Below, piece by piece: positions 29,289 through 39,307 of a DNA stretch of 64,000 nucleotides (its first letter is position 1; the number at the start of each line of letters is the position of its first letter). Origin of the DNA: Promethearchaeota archaeon (GTDB lineage Archaea > Asgardarchaeota > Lokiarchaeia > Sigyniarchaeales > SOKP01); NCBI GenBank assembly GCA_016840085.1, contig JAEOTA010000018.1:96001-160000 (forward strand), written 5' to 3'. Below the pieces are notes generated by a model that made no database searches, had not been told where the DNA came from, and was given only the letters and a program-made list of their open reading frames with translations. The translations under genes were made by a program, and so were the position numbers.

Positions 29289-30422
29289 ATTCGACGTAGA
29301 AGAGTAGGTTCAGAAAATACTGAAAGTAAGTTCATTGAAAAGTTTAGAGCAGTTATTGATGACCATACATCTCTTTCGATATATAATAAAAAAAAAAGAT
29401 CTGTTTGTGTTATTCGAAAAGATTTAGCCAAATCTTATGAAATTGAAGTAGATGCTTCTGAAGCTCCTGTGTTGAATAAAATATTAAGTGATCCAGAACC
29501 ATATGAGATTTCTATTGCTGATTTGAAAATCTTAGAGGAAGAAATATTCCCTATAAATGAAGCTTTACAGAAAGTGTTTGGATCAGAAAAAGACCTGAAA
29601 TTAAATGCGATAAAATTAGCTATTGGGAGTACTTATACAGATTATGTTACCATTGGAGAGAATGATTTAATTAGATTCGATGTTAAGCCTACCCTTAATG
29701 GGTTAAATGAATTTATTAAAGAAAATAAAGAGAGTATTTTAGGATTTTTAGATTGTGAGTATATTAGCGAAGAGGGTAATGTTATATATTTGAATTGTAG
29801 CAAAAAAAATGTGTCTGAAAATATCTACTCAATAAAGTTATTAATTCTGGCATCTATGCAACAAAGAGGATTTTTCCTTCAACAAGAGCATAAATATTAT
29901 GGGCTCCAACTCTATATTATAATTGAATCTAGAAAGCCTAATGAAAATAAATTGTTGGAATTTTTAAAAGAACTTAATATTGATTGGGAAGTTATATTTT
30001 TCAGAAGAAAACTAGCGATCCATGATTGGACAGAGATAGAGTGTGAAAGAAATAGTGAAAATCTAAAAAGTTTTCTCCGTGGAAAATATGATACATTAAA
30101 TTATTTTGACGTAAACAATATAATTCGTCTAATAGTGAAGAACCAATTACCTTTTAAAGTAGCTGATAAAATGGCATCTCTTTTATATAAAATGAAAAGT
30201 GAAAGAGCAAGTCGCTTTCATGATAGAAAATATAATGAAATCGCTTATCAGGATGATCAGTTACAACAAGATGAATATTCAGTAACACTAAAAAAAGCAG
30301 AAGTTGCCGCAGCTGCTAAACTCGCATGTGCTTATTTAGGAATACATAATAAAATTAATTTTGATAGAGATATTTCTATAGATGAAATTCTAAAATATCA
30401 AGAAGAATTATCAAATATCTAG
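29289..30422 (+). CDS. Hypothetical protein; reading frame open from 29283, upstream of the track GTG start at 29469
   Basis: In-frame extension IRRRRVGSENTESKFIEKFRAVIDDHTSLSIYNKKKRSVCVIRKDLAKSYEIEVDASEAP; start codon uncertain (ATT 29289 or GTG 29469). Confidence 0.6.
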   Translation: MRRRRVGSENTESKFIEKFRAVIDDHTSLSIYNKKKRSVCVIRKDLAKSYEIEVDASEAPVLNKILSDPEPYEISIADLKILEEEIFPINEALQKVFGSEKDLKLNAIKLAIGSTYTDYVTIGENDLIRFDVKPTLNGLNEFIKENKESILGFLDCEYISEEGNVIYLNCSKKNVSENIYSIKLLILASMQQRGFFLQQEHKYYGLQLYIIIESRKPNENKLLEFLKELNIDWEVIFFRRKLAIHDWTEIECERNSENLKSFLRGKYDTLNYFDVNNIIRLIVKNQLPFKVADKMASLLYKMKSERASRFHDRKYNEIAYQDDQLQQDEYSVTLKKAEVAAAAKLACAYLGIHNKINFDRDISIDEILKYQEELSNI

Positions 30423-30490
30423 ATATTTCTATTATATTAATATAAAAAAATAAATTTATAAAAAATATCCCAATTTTAATCTTGTTTTTT

Positions 30491-31486
30491 TTAAATTAAT
30501 CCATAGGATTGTTTTAATAATTCATGATTTGCATTCCCTACTGTTATACTTTTACCTGTCTTAATATTTGTGATCGTATAGATTGCTGGTGCAAATAATC
30601 CTGGATCAATATCATAGAAATTATAATCTGCTGCTTTAAATGTGTCAATGAAAGGTTTTCCATAACTAGAAGAAGTGTTTGCTGGTGCCTTATTAACGAT
30701 TTCAAATAATTCTGCTTCTTTTTCTTTCTCGACATTTATTGTATAATAAGTTATTCCCCCAGCAATTATTGAGTCATTAGTACGTCCCATAGCACCAAGA
30801 TCATCTTTAGCAATTGGTGCAATAGTAGTTGTTCCAAAACCATCATGGATTACTTCAATTGGAAAATTGATTTCATGTAATTTATGAATACCTGTTTCAA
30901 CAATTCTTGCAGCTACTTGGATTGATCCTATAAGACAGGCAGTTGGAGCACAAATTGCGTATGTATTCTTCACTTCTATTCCACATTTATTTGCTACAAT
31001 TTCCATAACTTCTTCATTCGGTAATCTTGGAGTCTCAAAAACGATGATTGCACAATCGGAATTATCTGTATAATTAATTTCTTCAAATAATTTTTCAACT
31101 TTACTTTTAGCTCGAGCTGGTCCTGAACCCAGTGATTGAAAAATAACTTTCTTCTTTTTTACTCCCTCTTTTTCTACTTCTTTTTTTAATTTAATATTCC
31201 AACCAGCTAATTGAGAAGCCATGCAAGCAATTATGGGATCTGAAGTATAAACATTAACACTTGGTATAATTTGTCCATCTAAGTCGTAATATGAAAAATC
31301 TACGGTACCTAAACCCCCCATACAAATTTCTCCAACTAATTTACCTCCTAACCAAGAAGAATTTGACATGTCTAGAATTATGGCATCATTATCTAATTTG
31401 TGAATTTCAGCCTTATAGATTTCGTTATGATCTATTATTTTATCAACGATATTCCTTGCAAGTTCATTTATTTTTATATGATGCAC
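30491..31486 (-). CDS. mch: Methenyl-H4MPT cyclohydrolase
   Basis: EICMGGLG, ACMASQLAGW, GSGPARA, GSIQVAARIVETG.HKL, AMGRTND, FYDIDPGLFAPA. Confidence 0.95.
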   Translation of the reverse strand: MHHIKINELARNIVDKIIDHNEIYKAEIHKLDNDAIILDMSNSSWLGGKLVGEICMGGLGTVDFSYYDLDGQIIPSVNVYTSDPIIACMASQLAGWNIKLKKEVEKEGVKKKKVIFQSLGSGPARAKSKVEKLFEEINYTDNSDCAIIVFETPRLPNEEVMEIVANKCGIEVKNTYAICAPTACLIGSIQVAARIVETGIHKLHEINFPIEVIHDGFGTTTIAPIAKDDLGAMGRTNDSIIAGGITYYTINVEKEKEAELFEIVNKAPANTSSSYGKPFIDTFKAADYNFYDIDPGLFAPAIYTITNIKTGKSITVGNANHELLKQSYGLI

Positions 31487-31599
31487 TTATTTTCACCTTA
31501 TTAAAATTTCTTTTTTTAATTGAGTATTTAATATTAATTTGATATATAATTATAATATATTTTTAATTTTGAATATATGATAATCAAACTCTCTATAAT

Positions 31600-33126
31600 A
31601 TGAAAAACGCCGAAGAAAAATTAAGTAAGCTAAATAAAGATCTTGCGAAAGCTAAAACTTTTTTCTTAGATAATATAAAAGATATAGATTCTCCAATTCA
31701 TATTTATACTCATTTAGATGCTGATGGTTTAAGTTCAGGAGCTATCCTTGGAAAAGCTCTGTATCGAGAAAGATTACCATTTCAAATTACTGTGCTTAGA
31801 CAATTAGAAAAAAGCGAAATTCAGAGTCTTTCTAATAAAATTAAAGATAATAATGGTTTTCTTTTCTTTTGCGACCTTGGAAGTGGGCAATATTTAGAAT
31901 TACAAAAAAACTTAATAATTAATAAAAAATTCACTTCCTTTTTAATTCTGGACCATCATCTTCCTCAAGATATATCTAATAAAGAAGAAATTGATTCAAT
32001 TAACGAAATTCATAGAAATACAAGTCCTTGGCATATTAATCCCTATTTTTTTGATATAGATGGAAGTAAAGAGATTTCCGCAGCAGGATTATGTTATTAT
32101 TTTTCAAAATGCTTAAATAGCCAAAATTTAGATCTTTCTCCTATAGCTATTGTAGGAGCAATTGGAGATATTCAAAATCAATATACAAATAAATCTTTTC
32201 AAGGTTTGAATTCCTTAATATTAGAAGATGCGAAAAATTCAGGATTAATAGAAGTTGTTAATGACTTGAATTTTTCTGCCTTAAGACCTATAAATGAAGC
32301 TATTGCTTATTCTAATGAAATTAAATTGCCAGGATTGACTAATAATGCCGCTAAAACTTTAGTATTCTTAAAAACATTAGGAATATTAATTGAGAATACA
32401 GAAGGAAGTGTAAAAACTTTAAACGAATTAAATCAAGATGAAAAACAAAAGATTTCCTCAGCAATAATTGAATATGCATCATTAAAACTTGATCTAGAAC
32501 CAAGTAATATAATTAACAAATTAATAATCAATAGATATATCTTAAGAGAGGAAATAACTCATTCTGAACTTCATGATGCTAGAGAATTTTCTTATCTCCT
32601 TAATGCGTGTGGTAGAACTTATAATGCATCATTAGGTATTGCGATTGCCATGGGAGATAGAAAAAAAATTTATAAGCAATCAAAGGAGGTCAGACAAAAC
32701 TATAGAAAACTTTTACATGAAAGTCTTTTTTGGATTGAAAATAAAGAAAAAATCCAGCAAAAAGAATATATCCAATACTTTTTTGGGGAAAACGTAATTC
32801 CTGAAAATATAATAGGAACAATAACATCGATATTGATTTTTCAGAATATTCAAGGGATCGATAAGTCTAAACCAATATTTGGTTTAGCAAAAAGAAAAGA
32901 TGAGAATGTCTATAAAGTATCAGGAAGAGCGCACGAAAAAATTGTAAAAAAAGGAGTAAATCTTTCAGAAGCAATAAGAGAAGCTTGTATACATTTAAAT
33001 TTAGATGTATTAGGAGGGGGACATCCTCCTGCGGCGGGAACAAAAATTCCTGTAGATACAGTTGAAAGTTTTCTTGAAAATTGTAATTTGGCTATTCAAA
33101 ATCAATTAAAGCACATAAAAAGTTAG
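31600..33126 (+). CDS. RecJ/Cdc45-like DHH phosphoesterase
   Basis: HLDADG, DLGS, LDHH, INP, GAIGD, LLNACGR, KVSGR, GGGHPPAAG. Confidence 0.9.
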   Translation: MKNAEEKLSKLNKDLAKAKTFFLDNIKDIDSPIHIYTHLDADGLSSGAILGKALYRERLPFQITVLRQLEKSEIQSLSNKIKDNNGFLFFCDLGSGQYLELQKNLIINKKFTSFLILDHHLPQDISNKEEIDSINEIHRNTSPWHINPYFFDIDGSKEISAAGLCYYFSKCLNSQNLDLSPIAIVGAIGDIQNQYTNKSFQGLNSLILEDAKNSGLIEVVNDLNFSALRPINEAIAYSNEIKLPGLTNNAAKTLVFLKTLGILIENTEGSVKTLNELNQDEKQKISSAIIEYASLKLDLEPSNIINKLIINRYILREEITHSELHDAREFSYLLNACGRTYNASLGIAIAMGDRKKIYKQSKEVRQNYRKLLHESLFWIENKEKIQQKEYIQYFFGENVIPENIIGTITSILIFQNIQGIDKSKPIFGLAKRKDENVYKVSGRAHEKIVKKGVNLSEAIREACIHLNLDVLGGGHPPAAGTKIPVDTVESFLENCNLAIQNQLKHIKS

Positions 33127-33136
33127 ATTAATAGTA

Positions 33137-34441
33137 TTAAATTTGATATACTTCTCCTATTTCAGGAGCTATTGAATTATATCCCTTTTTAGTTAACTCG
33201 CTTGCTAATTTAGTTGTTGATTTATTGTCACCATGAATACAAAATACATTATTATTGGAATGCTCTTGAAAATTCAAATTTGCTATATAATCATGAATAT
33301 GCACATTGTCAGAATGGCTTGAAAAATCAAAATAATCATAATCACACGTTGCTTTTATCCTTAATTCATTTGAAATATGCCTTTTTCTTCCTGAATCTTT
33401 GAATTCAAAAATTCCATTATCTATTAGGCCTCTCCCCGGAGTTCCTTCTACTTGATATCCTACTAAATAGATTGCAGAGGTAGGATCTTGTAAAATAGTC
33501 TCAATATACTCAATTGCAGCACCCCCCTTAAGCATACCTGAAGGTGCAATTATGACACCTTCAGATTTTTTTACAATTGATCTTGTTTTTGGTCTGGTCA
33601 CAAAGTGGGCTTTTTTTAAAGCTTTTCTAAACGATATTATGTTTCTGATGAAATCTGGATAATCTAAGTAAATCCTAGACATTTTTCTTGCTAAGCCATC
33701 AATGAATATTTTACCCCTATAGTTATATTTTTCTAATATTAATAAGACTTCTTGAGAGCGTGCAACTCCAAAAGCAGGAATTAAGACTTTCCCACCATTA
33801 TTAGTAATATGATTAATTCTTTCTACTAAATCCTTCTCTAGTTGCTGTCTTGGTGGGTGTTCTCTAAGAGCATATGTTGATTCTATTATTAACGTATCCA
33901 ATTTCGGAACATCTTGAGAATTTGCTGGATTGATTAAATTTGTTGTAAGCGTATTAATATCTCCTGAATATAAAACAATTTTATTGTCAACCTCGATTAA
34001 AATAGATACACTTCCAGGAATATGACCCGCATCAATAAATGTAATATAAAAATTATCATCAATTTTTTGACGTGTTCCATTTTTAAGAAAATATGTATTT
34101 TGTTTTAATAGATCTAATTCTCTAAATCCAAAGGGATAAGGGTATTTTGAAATTCTTATCATATCTTTTATAAGAACTTCAGTTGTAGCAAGAGAAACGG
34201 GATTAGTAAAGAAAGGAATCTTTGTAGTTTTATATAATAGAGGTAAAGCACCTGAATGATCAATATGGCTATGAGTTAATGCTATTGCTTTTAGGTTATT
34301 TATATCAGTTTTATAGGGTAATCTATCATCGCTATTGAATCCTATTCCGTAATCCAAAATACATTGTGTTCCATTTTTTGACTCTACTAGAATTCCAGAA
34401 CGACCTATTTCTCTACAGCTTCCTAAAAATGTGATTTTCAT
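33137..34441 (-). CDS. MBL-fold beta-CASP ribonuclease (no KH domains)
   Basis: FLGSCREIGRS, THSHIDHSG, AGHIPGS, YSGD, ESTY, SGMLKGG, FSSHSD, IHGD. Confidence 0.9.
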   Translation of the reverse strand: MKITFLGSCREIGRSGILVESKNGTQCILDYGIGFNSDDRLPYKTDINNLKAIALTHSHIDHSGALPLLYKTTKIPFFTNPVSLATTEVLIKDMIRISKYPYPFGFRELDLLKQNTYFLKNGTRQKIDDNFYITFIDAGHIPGSVSILIEVDNKIVLYSGDINTLTTNLINPANSQDVPKLDTLIIESTYALREHPPRQQLEKDLVERINHITNNGGKVLIPAFGVARSQEVLLILEKYNYRGKIFIDGLARKMSRIYLDYPDFIRNIISFRKALKKAHFVTRPKTRSIVKKSEGVIIAPSGMLKGGAAIEYIETILQDPTSAIYLVGYQVEGTPGRGLIDNGIFEFKDSGRKRHISNELRIKATCDYDYFDFSSHSDNVHIHDYIANLNFQEHSNNNVFCIHGDNKSTTKLASELTKKGYNSIAPEIGEVYQI

Positions 34442-34605
34442 TAGTAATGAAAAGATTTTTAAAAATTTCTAAAAATTTATTATTTCTAAAAAAGAATATC
34501 AGTTTTTTTAAAATTTCTATTTAGACTAAAAAATGTATTAATTCTTTTTGTACTTTTTTTTTATAGAGCCAAATAAAAAAAAGAAGCTACGAAGAAATAG
34601 AAAGA

Positions 34606-35367
34606 TTATTTTAATTTTTTTATCGTATTAGTCAATAAAGCAATAACATTATCAACATTTTTAGCAAAGATTTCTAAGATTTCTTCCCAAGTAACAGGAG
34701 CTTCATCAGCTTTCCAGCAATCATAATCCGTAGACATAGCTACAGCAGCATATGGGATGCTTGCTTCATTTGCTAAAATTGTTTCAGGAGCTATGCTCAT
34801 ATTTATCACATCAGCACCCCATATCCTAAACATCTCTGATTCTGCCCTTGTTGAAAATCTTGGTCCTTCAATAGTGACTACCGTTCCTTTTTCATGGAAT
34901 TTAAGATTAAGTTCTTTCGCTGTTTCAATAAGGATATTTCTTATCTCTTCTGAATAAGGATCAGCCATGGGTGTATGTTTCATATCACCTGGAGCAAATT
35001 CTTCAAAAAAAGATATTTTCCTAAGTCGGGTGAAGTCTATAAATTGGTCAAGAATAACGAGATCACCTCTGTCTATTTTTTCTCTCAAGCTACCACAAGC
35101 TGTAGTTGCAAGGATATGAGAACACCCTTGATCTTTTAATGCTTGTATGTTAGCCCTATAATTTATTTGCGTGGGAGGAATTTTATGCTCTCTTCCATGT
35201 CTAGCAATAAGAACTACATCAACATCATGAATTTTCCCTAATTTTAAAGGAGAAGACGGTTTTCCATATGATGTATTAACATCGATATCTTTTGCATCCT
35301 TTAAAATTTCCGGATTGTCTAATCCCGAACCGCCAATTATTCCTATTTTTACCATAATATTCAACAT
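34606..35367 (-). CDS. mtnP: S-methyl-5'-thioadenosine phosphorylase
   Basis: KIGIIGGSG, ARHG, NYRANI.AL, EGPRFSTRAES, VINMS..PE, MSTDYDCW. Confidence 0.95.
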   Translation of the reverse strand: MLNIMVKIGIIGGSGLDNPEILKDAKDIDVNTSYGKPSSPLKLGKIHDVDVVLIARHGREHKIPPTQINYRANIQALKDQGCSHILATTACGSLREKIDRGDLVILDQFIDFTRLRKISFFEEFAPGDMKHTPMADPYSEEIRNILIETAKELNLKFHEKGTVVTIEGPRFSTRAESEMFRIWGADVINMSIAPETILANEASIPYAAVAMSTDYDCWKADEAPVTWEEILEIFAKNVDNVIALLTNTIKKLK

Positions 35368-35506
35368 ATAGTTTTTTTAAATTATAAAATTTTAAATTTT
35401 ATAAATTATTTGTTAAAAAACTTACCCACTGCTGCCAAATTCTATAAAGTTTTAACATAATATTGATTAGTGTAAAATATATTTCTAAAATTTATTTTTA
35501 TAATTA

Positions 35507-36505
35507 ATGCTAAAAAACAAAGTTCTTGTTCTTGGGTCATTGGCTTTTGATTATATAATGGGTTTTAAAGAGAGTTTTATTAAAGCGGTATCTATAAATC
35601 AAGATAAAGGGGAATATCAAAGTACTGTTACTGCAGATAGTCGTCATCAATTTTTTGGGGGAACAGCCGGTAATATTGCTTACAACTTAGGGCTTTTGAA
35701 TATTGCGAAAGTATCTTTATTTGGTTCAGTAGGCGATGATTTCGAGAGATTAGGATATAAGGATCATATAAACCAATTTTCAAATATAGAATTACTAGTT
35801 GATATATATGATGATCTTTTCACTGCAGCTTGTTATATAGTTAATGATATTAAATCTAATCAAATGATCATTTTTCATGGAGGTGCTTTAGACAAGTGTA
35901 AGGAAATTAATTTAATAAAAAAAGTTCCAAATCCGGAAGAGTTTATTTATGCAATAAATTCAACACAAAGTGTCGAAGCTATGACTAATTTTGCTATTCA
36001 ATTAGATGATTTGAAAATACCCTCTATATTTGATCCTGGTCAAGTAACTCCACTTTTCCAGAAAGAACGTTTAATAGATATAATCAAAAAATCAGAAATT
36101 TTAATCGGCAATAGCCATGAGATAATGCAAATAAAAGAGAAATCTGAGTTAACTGAAGAGAAGATTCTTGAATATGTCAGAGCAATTATAATAACACGAG
36201 GATCTGGAGGCTCTGAATTGATTTATAAAGATGAAAACAAAAAAATCTTTAAATATAATATCCCTATTGCTACTCCTGCGAAGGTTTTGGATACAACTGG
36301 GGCGGGAGATGGTTATCGTGCGGGAATACTAACGGGCTTAATGTTAAATATGACTATATTAGATTCTTGTCGATTAGGTGCAATAATTAGTTCATTTGTA
36401 GTTGAAACTAGTGGAGCTCAGACGCATCTTTTTGATATAAAACAAGTAAGGAAGAGATTTTTCAACACGTTTGGCTACTTCCCTCCTGAAATAGAAAGGA
36501 TATAA
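35507..36505 (+). CDS. PfkB-family nucleoside (adenosine) kinase
   Basis: GSLAFDYIM, GGTAGNIAY, FDPGQ, DTTGAGDGYRAG; lies between mtnP and apt. Confidence 0.85.
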   Translation: MLKNKVLVLGSLAFDYIMGFKESFIKAVSINQDKGEYQSTVTADSRHQFFGGTAGNIAYNLGLLNIAKVSLFGSVGDDFERLGYKDHINQFSNIELLVDIYDDLFTAACYIVNDIKSNQMIIFHGGALDKCKEINLIKKVPNPEEFIYAINSTQSVEAMTNFAIQLDDLKIPSIFDPGQVTPLFQKERLIDIIKKSEILIGNSHEIMQIKEKSELTEEKILEYVRAIIITRGSGGSELIYKDENKKIFKYNIPIATPAKVLDTTGAGDGYRAGILTGLMLNMTILDSCRLGAIISSFVVETSGAQTHLFDIKQVRKRFFNTFGYFPPEIERI

Positions 36506-36554
36506 AAAAATAATATTCTTAAATTAAAATTTTTATTTAAACAAAACGTATATA

Positions 36555-37088
36555 TCATTCTACTATGGGGATTTCTAATAATGAGAGAACATCATATCCT
36601 TTTAATTTATCTCTACCATGTAAACTTCCAGTAAGTTCAATAACAAAAGCTACACCTATAACATCTCCATTAACTTTTTCTACTAAGTGGCATGCCGCTT
36701 TAGCAGTTCCCCCAGTTGCTAATAAATCATCAAAAACTAAGACTTTATCACCTTTTATAATGGCATCTTTATGCATTTCAATAGAATCAGTACCATATTC
36801 AAGATCGTAAGTTACACTAATTGTCTCGGCAGGTAATTTTCCAGGTTTTCTCATTAATACAAAACCAGCACCCAAATGATAAGCAATAACGCCTCCCCAT
36901 ACATATCCACGGGCTTCGATTGCTGCTACTTTAGTAATACCTTTACCTTTGTAATGATTTATGATTCTATCACACGATTCTTTAAAAGGTTCATAAGCTT
37001 TACATAAAGTGGTAATATCCTTAAATTGTATTCCTGGTTTGGGCCAATCTGGTACATTTCTTATATATTTCAGAAGTGGATCTTCCAT
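36555..37088 (-). CDS. apt: Adenine phosphoribosyltransferase
   Basis: PDWPKPGIQFKDITTL, IEARG, RKPGKLP, YDLEYG, VFDDLLATGGT. Confidence 0.95.
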   Translation of the reverse strand: MEDPLLKYIRNVPDWPKPGIQFKDITTLCKAYEPFKESCDRIINHYKGKGITKVAAIEARGYVWGGVIAYHLGAGFVLMRKPGKLPAETISVTYDLEYGTDSIEMHKDAIIKGDKVLVFDDLLATGGTAKAACHLVEKVNGDVIGVAFVIELTGSLHGRDKLKGYDVLSLLEIPIVE

Positions 37089-37282
37089 ATTTTTATCAAA
37101 TCCATTTATACTTCATTATTTTTTAAAATTTTTTAATTAAAAATTATATTTAATTATATTTAATCGTCATAGGAATAGATTACTAAAAAACTAAATTCTC
37201 TTTTTAATAATTAGAAAAAATTAAATAAAGATAAAATTATAAAATTTATATAAAAGCAATTAAAATCAACGGTGAAATAAAA

Positions 37283-38239
37283 ATTAAGGTACTTCTCTTC
37301 GGACCTGCTGGGGCGGGTAAAACATCACTTATGAGAACTACTTGCTTAGGATATAATTTCATGAAAGTTTTAAATCTAAAACCAACAAAAGGAGTTTCAA
37401 GAGAAAATTTCATATTTAGAGGGATTTTAGAATTATCGATATGGGATCTTGGAGGTCAAGAACGGTATTTAGAACGTTATTTCTCTGAATCACGACGCGA
37501 ATTAATATTTTCAGAAGTTGCTACTGCTGTTTTTATGGTTGATTCTGCTTCTGTGAACCCAGAAGTACGAGATGTTTTTGATAATTTTTTGAATTTTTTG
37601 TTTGAATTTTCTCCTAAAATAGATCAAGTTTATGTGTTATTAAATAAAGTAGATTTACAAGAGTCAAAAGAAGATGATTTTTACCAAATTCTAACGAAAG
37701 ATTCAAGTGGAGAATTGATGGAAAAAATTTCCTTTACTCCTGTGTCAGTAAAAGAGGGAAGTGCTCAGCATAGACTAATTGAAATTTTAGATTATGAGAT
37801 CCAAAAAAATACTCTTTCAATGCAACGCTTAGGGAAAATTAGGCATTTATTAGATGAATTGAAAGTAAATACAATATCAGAATATCTTTTATTTAATCAA
37901 CCTGATGGGTTATTAATTTCATCTACTTTTGGAAAGTTTGATTCTAAACCGCTTCAATTTATGAAATTTGAGATTGGGACTTTAGATTCAAATATTTATA
38001 GTATTTATCAGCAAATTATGGAACTCCAAAACGTATCCGACCTTTCACCATTATCTTTGTCAACTGTTGTTTATGAATCTGAAAATTGTTGGATTCTAGT
38101 AAAAGAAGTTAGTAATGGAGCTGTTTTAATGGTTGTTACACGAAGTAAAGATCCTGAAGTTTTCTCAAGTGTAATGAATGCATTAACTGGAGAAACGTTT
38201 GAAAATTTAAAATTTTATTTAAAATCTTCTGAGTTTTGA
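37283..38239 (+). CDS. RagA/Gtr1-like GTPase with C-terminal roadblock-like domain; start extended upstream (ATT 37283 or ATA 37277)
   Basis: The P-loop KVLLFGPAGAGKTS is in frame upstream of the track ATG at 37331; LKPTKG, WDLGGQERYLERYF, LNKVD; tail EYLLFNQPDGLLISS...ILVKEVSNGAVLMVV. Confidence 0.85.
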   Translation: MKVLLFGPAGAGKTSLMRTTCLGYNFMKVLNLKPTKGVSRENFIFRGILELSIWDLGGQERYLERYFSESRRELIFSEVATAVFMVDSASVNPEVRDVFDNFLNFLFEFSPKIDQVYVLLNKVDLQESKEDDFYQILTKDSSGELMEKISFTPVSVKEGSAQHRLIEILDYEIQKNTLSMQRLGKIRHLLDELKVNTISEYLLFNQPDGLLISSTFGKFDSKPLQFMKFEIGTLDSNIYSIYQQIMELQNVSDLSPLSLSTVVYESENCWILVKEVSNGAVLMVVTRSKDPEVFSSVMNALTGETFENLKFYLKSSEF

Positions 38240-38300
38240 ATATTTTACAAAAAATATCAAAAATAAAAAATAAAATTCTTTAAATTATTTTATTATTTGA

Positions 38301-39140
38301 TTATTGCTCTTTATCGTATAATCCTAATTTTGTTAAAAGATGCTGTTTAGTATGATGAGGTCTTCTTATAACAGTGTCATTGGATTTTTCAAGTTCCCGT
38401 GCTTCATCACACATTAAAGCTGCAGTTCTCATCATCTCATGTGCTGCGGCTAATAAAGGCATATACTCGGATTTTTCTTGTAGTTTAAAGCAAGCGGTTG
38501 CGGTAAGATTGGATACTGATGCTGCTAATTCAAAAGCGGCTATAGCTTTAGCTCTCGCATAAGGATTTGAGAATTTTGCAGCTTCAGTTGCTATAGTTGA
38601 GTTAATAAATATTTGAGGTAGAGTCAGCATTTTTCCCTCTAAAATATCTAAGATAACTTTATTCAATTCCTCTGCTATAACTTGTAATGCCCCAGTAATC
38701 GCAAGAACTTTTAATAAATCTGAATTATATATGCTCATTTCAATTGGATCGAGGAATGGTCTACGTGCTCCTATCATACTATCACAATTCACTAAAATAT
38801 AACCCATATTCTTTTCTTTAATTTCTTCAGTAGCTTTTTTTGCTGGAGCATCAGAAATTATAATGGTTGGAATATTGCCTGCTAAAGTACGTGCTTCTTT
38901 TGGACCTGGTAAAGCAGCATTCGGACTTGACATTAATATTAATTCAGGTTCAAATTCAAGTAATTTTTTCATAGTTTCTAAACATTCTTCAGGTGGATGC
39001 ATTTTTGCACCAGAGGTGACTTCTCTTACACTAATTCTCTTAGATTCCGCTCTTTCATCCATAAGAAAAGCAAGTAATAAAGATGATCCTATTGTCCCGT
39101 TCTTAAGGATACCAATACGTAAAATTTTATCTTCGCTCAT
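38301..39140 (-). CDS. mtd: F420-dependent methylene-H4MPT dehydrogenase
   Basis: LKNGTIG, DERA, SGAKM, SPNAALPGP, DSMIGARRPFLDPIEM, FSNPYARAKA, AAHEMMR. Confidence 0.93.
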   Translation of the reverse strand: MSEDKILRIGILKNGTIGSSLLLAFLMDERAESKRISVREVTSGAKMHPPEECLETMKKLLEFEPELILMSSPNAALPGPKEARTLAGNIPTIIISDAPAKKATEEIKEKNMGYILVNCDSMIGARRPFLDPIEMSIYNSDLLKVLAITGALQVIAEELNKVILDILEGKMLTLPQIFINSTIATEAAKFSNPYARAKAIAAFELAASVSNLTATACFKLQEKSEYMPLLAAAHEMMRTAALMCDEARELEKSNDTVIRRPHHTKQHLLTKLGLYDKEQ

Positions 39141-39307
39141 TATTTATCACTTGATTTATAATTTCAATTTTAAAATTAATAATATAATCCATACAATTTT
39201 ACAATATTTTTAATTTTTTTTCAAACTTTTATATTAAATAGAACTCTATTAGTTAATACTTCAATTAAAAATTATATTAAAAAAAGATAAGAAGAGTTAT
39301 AAAGAAA

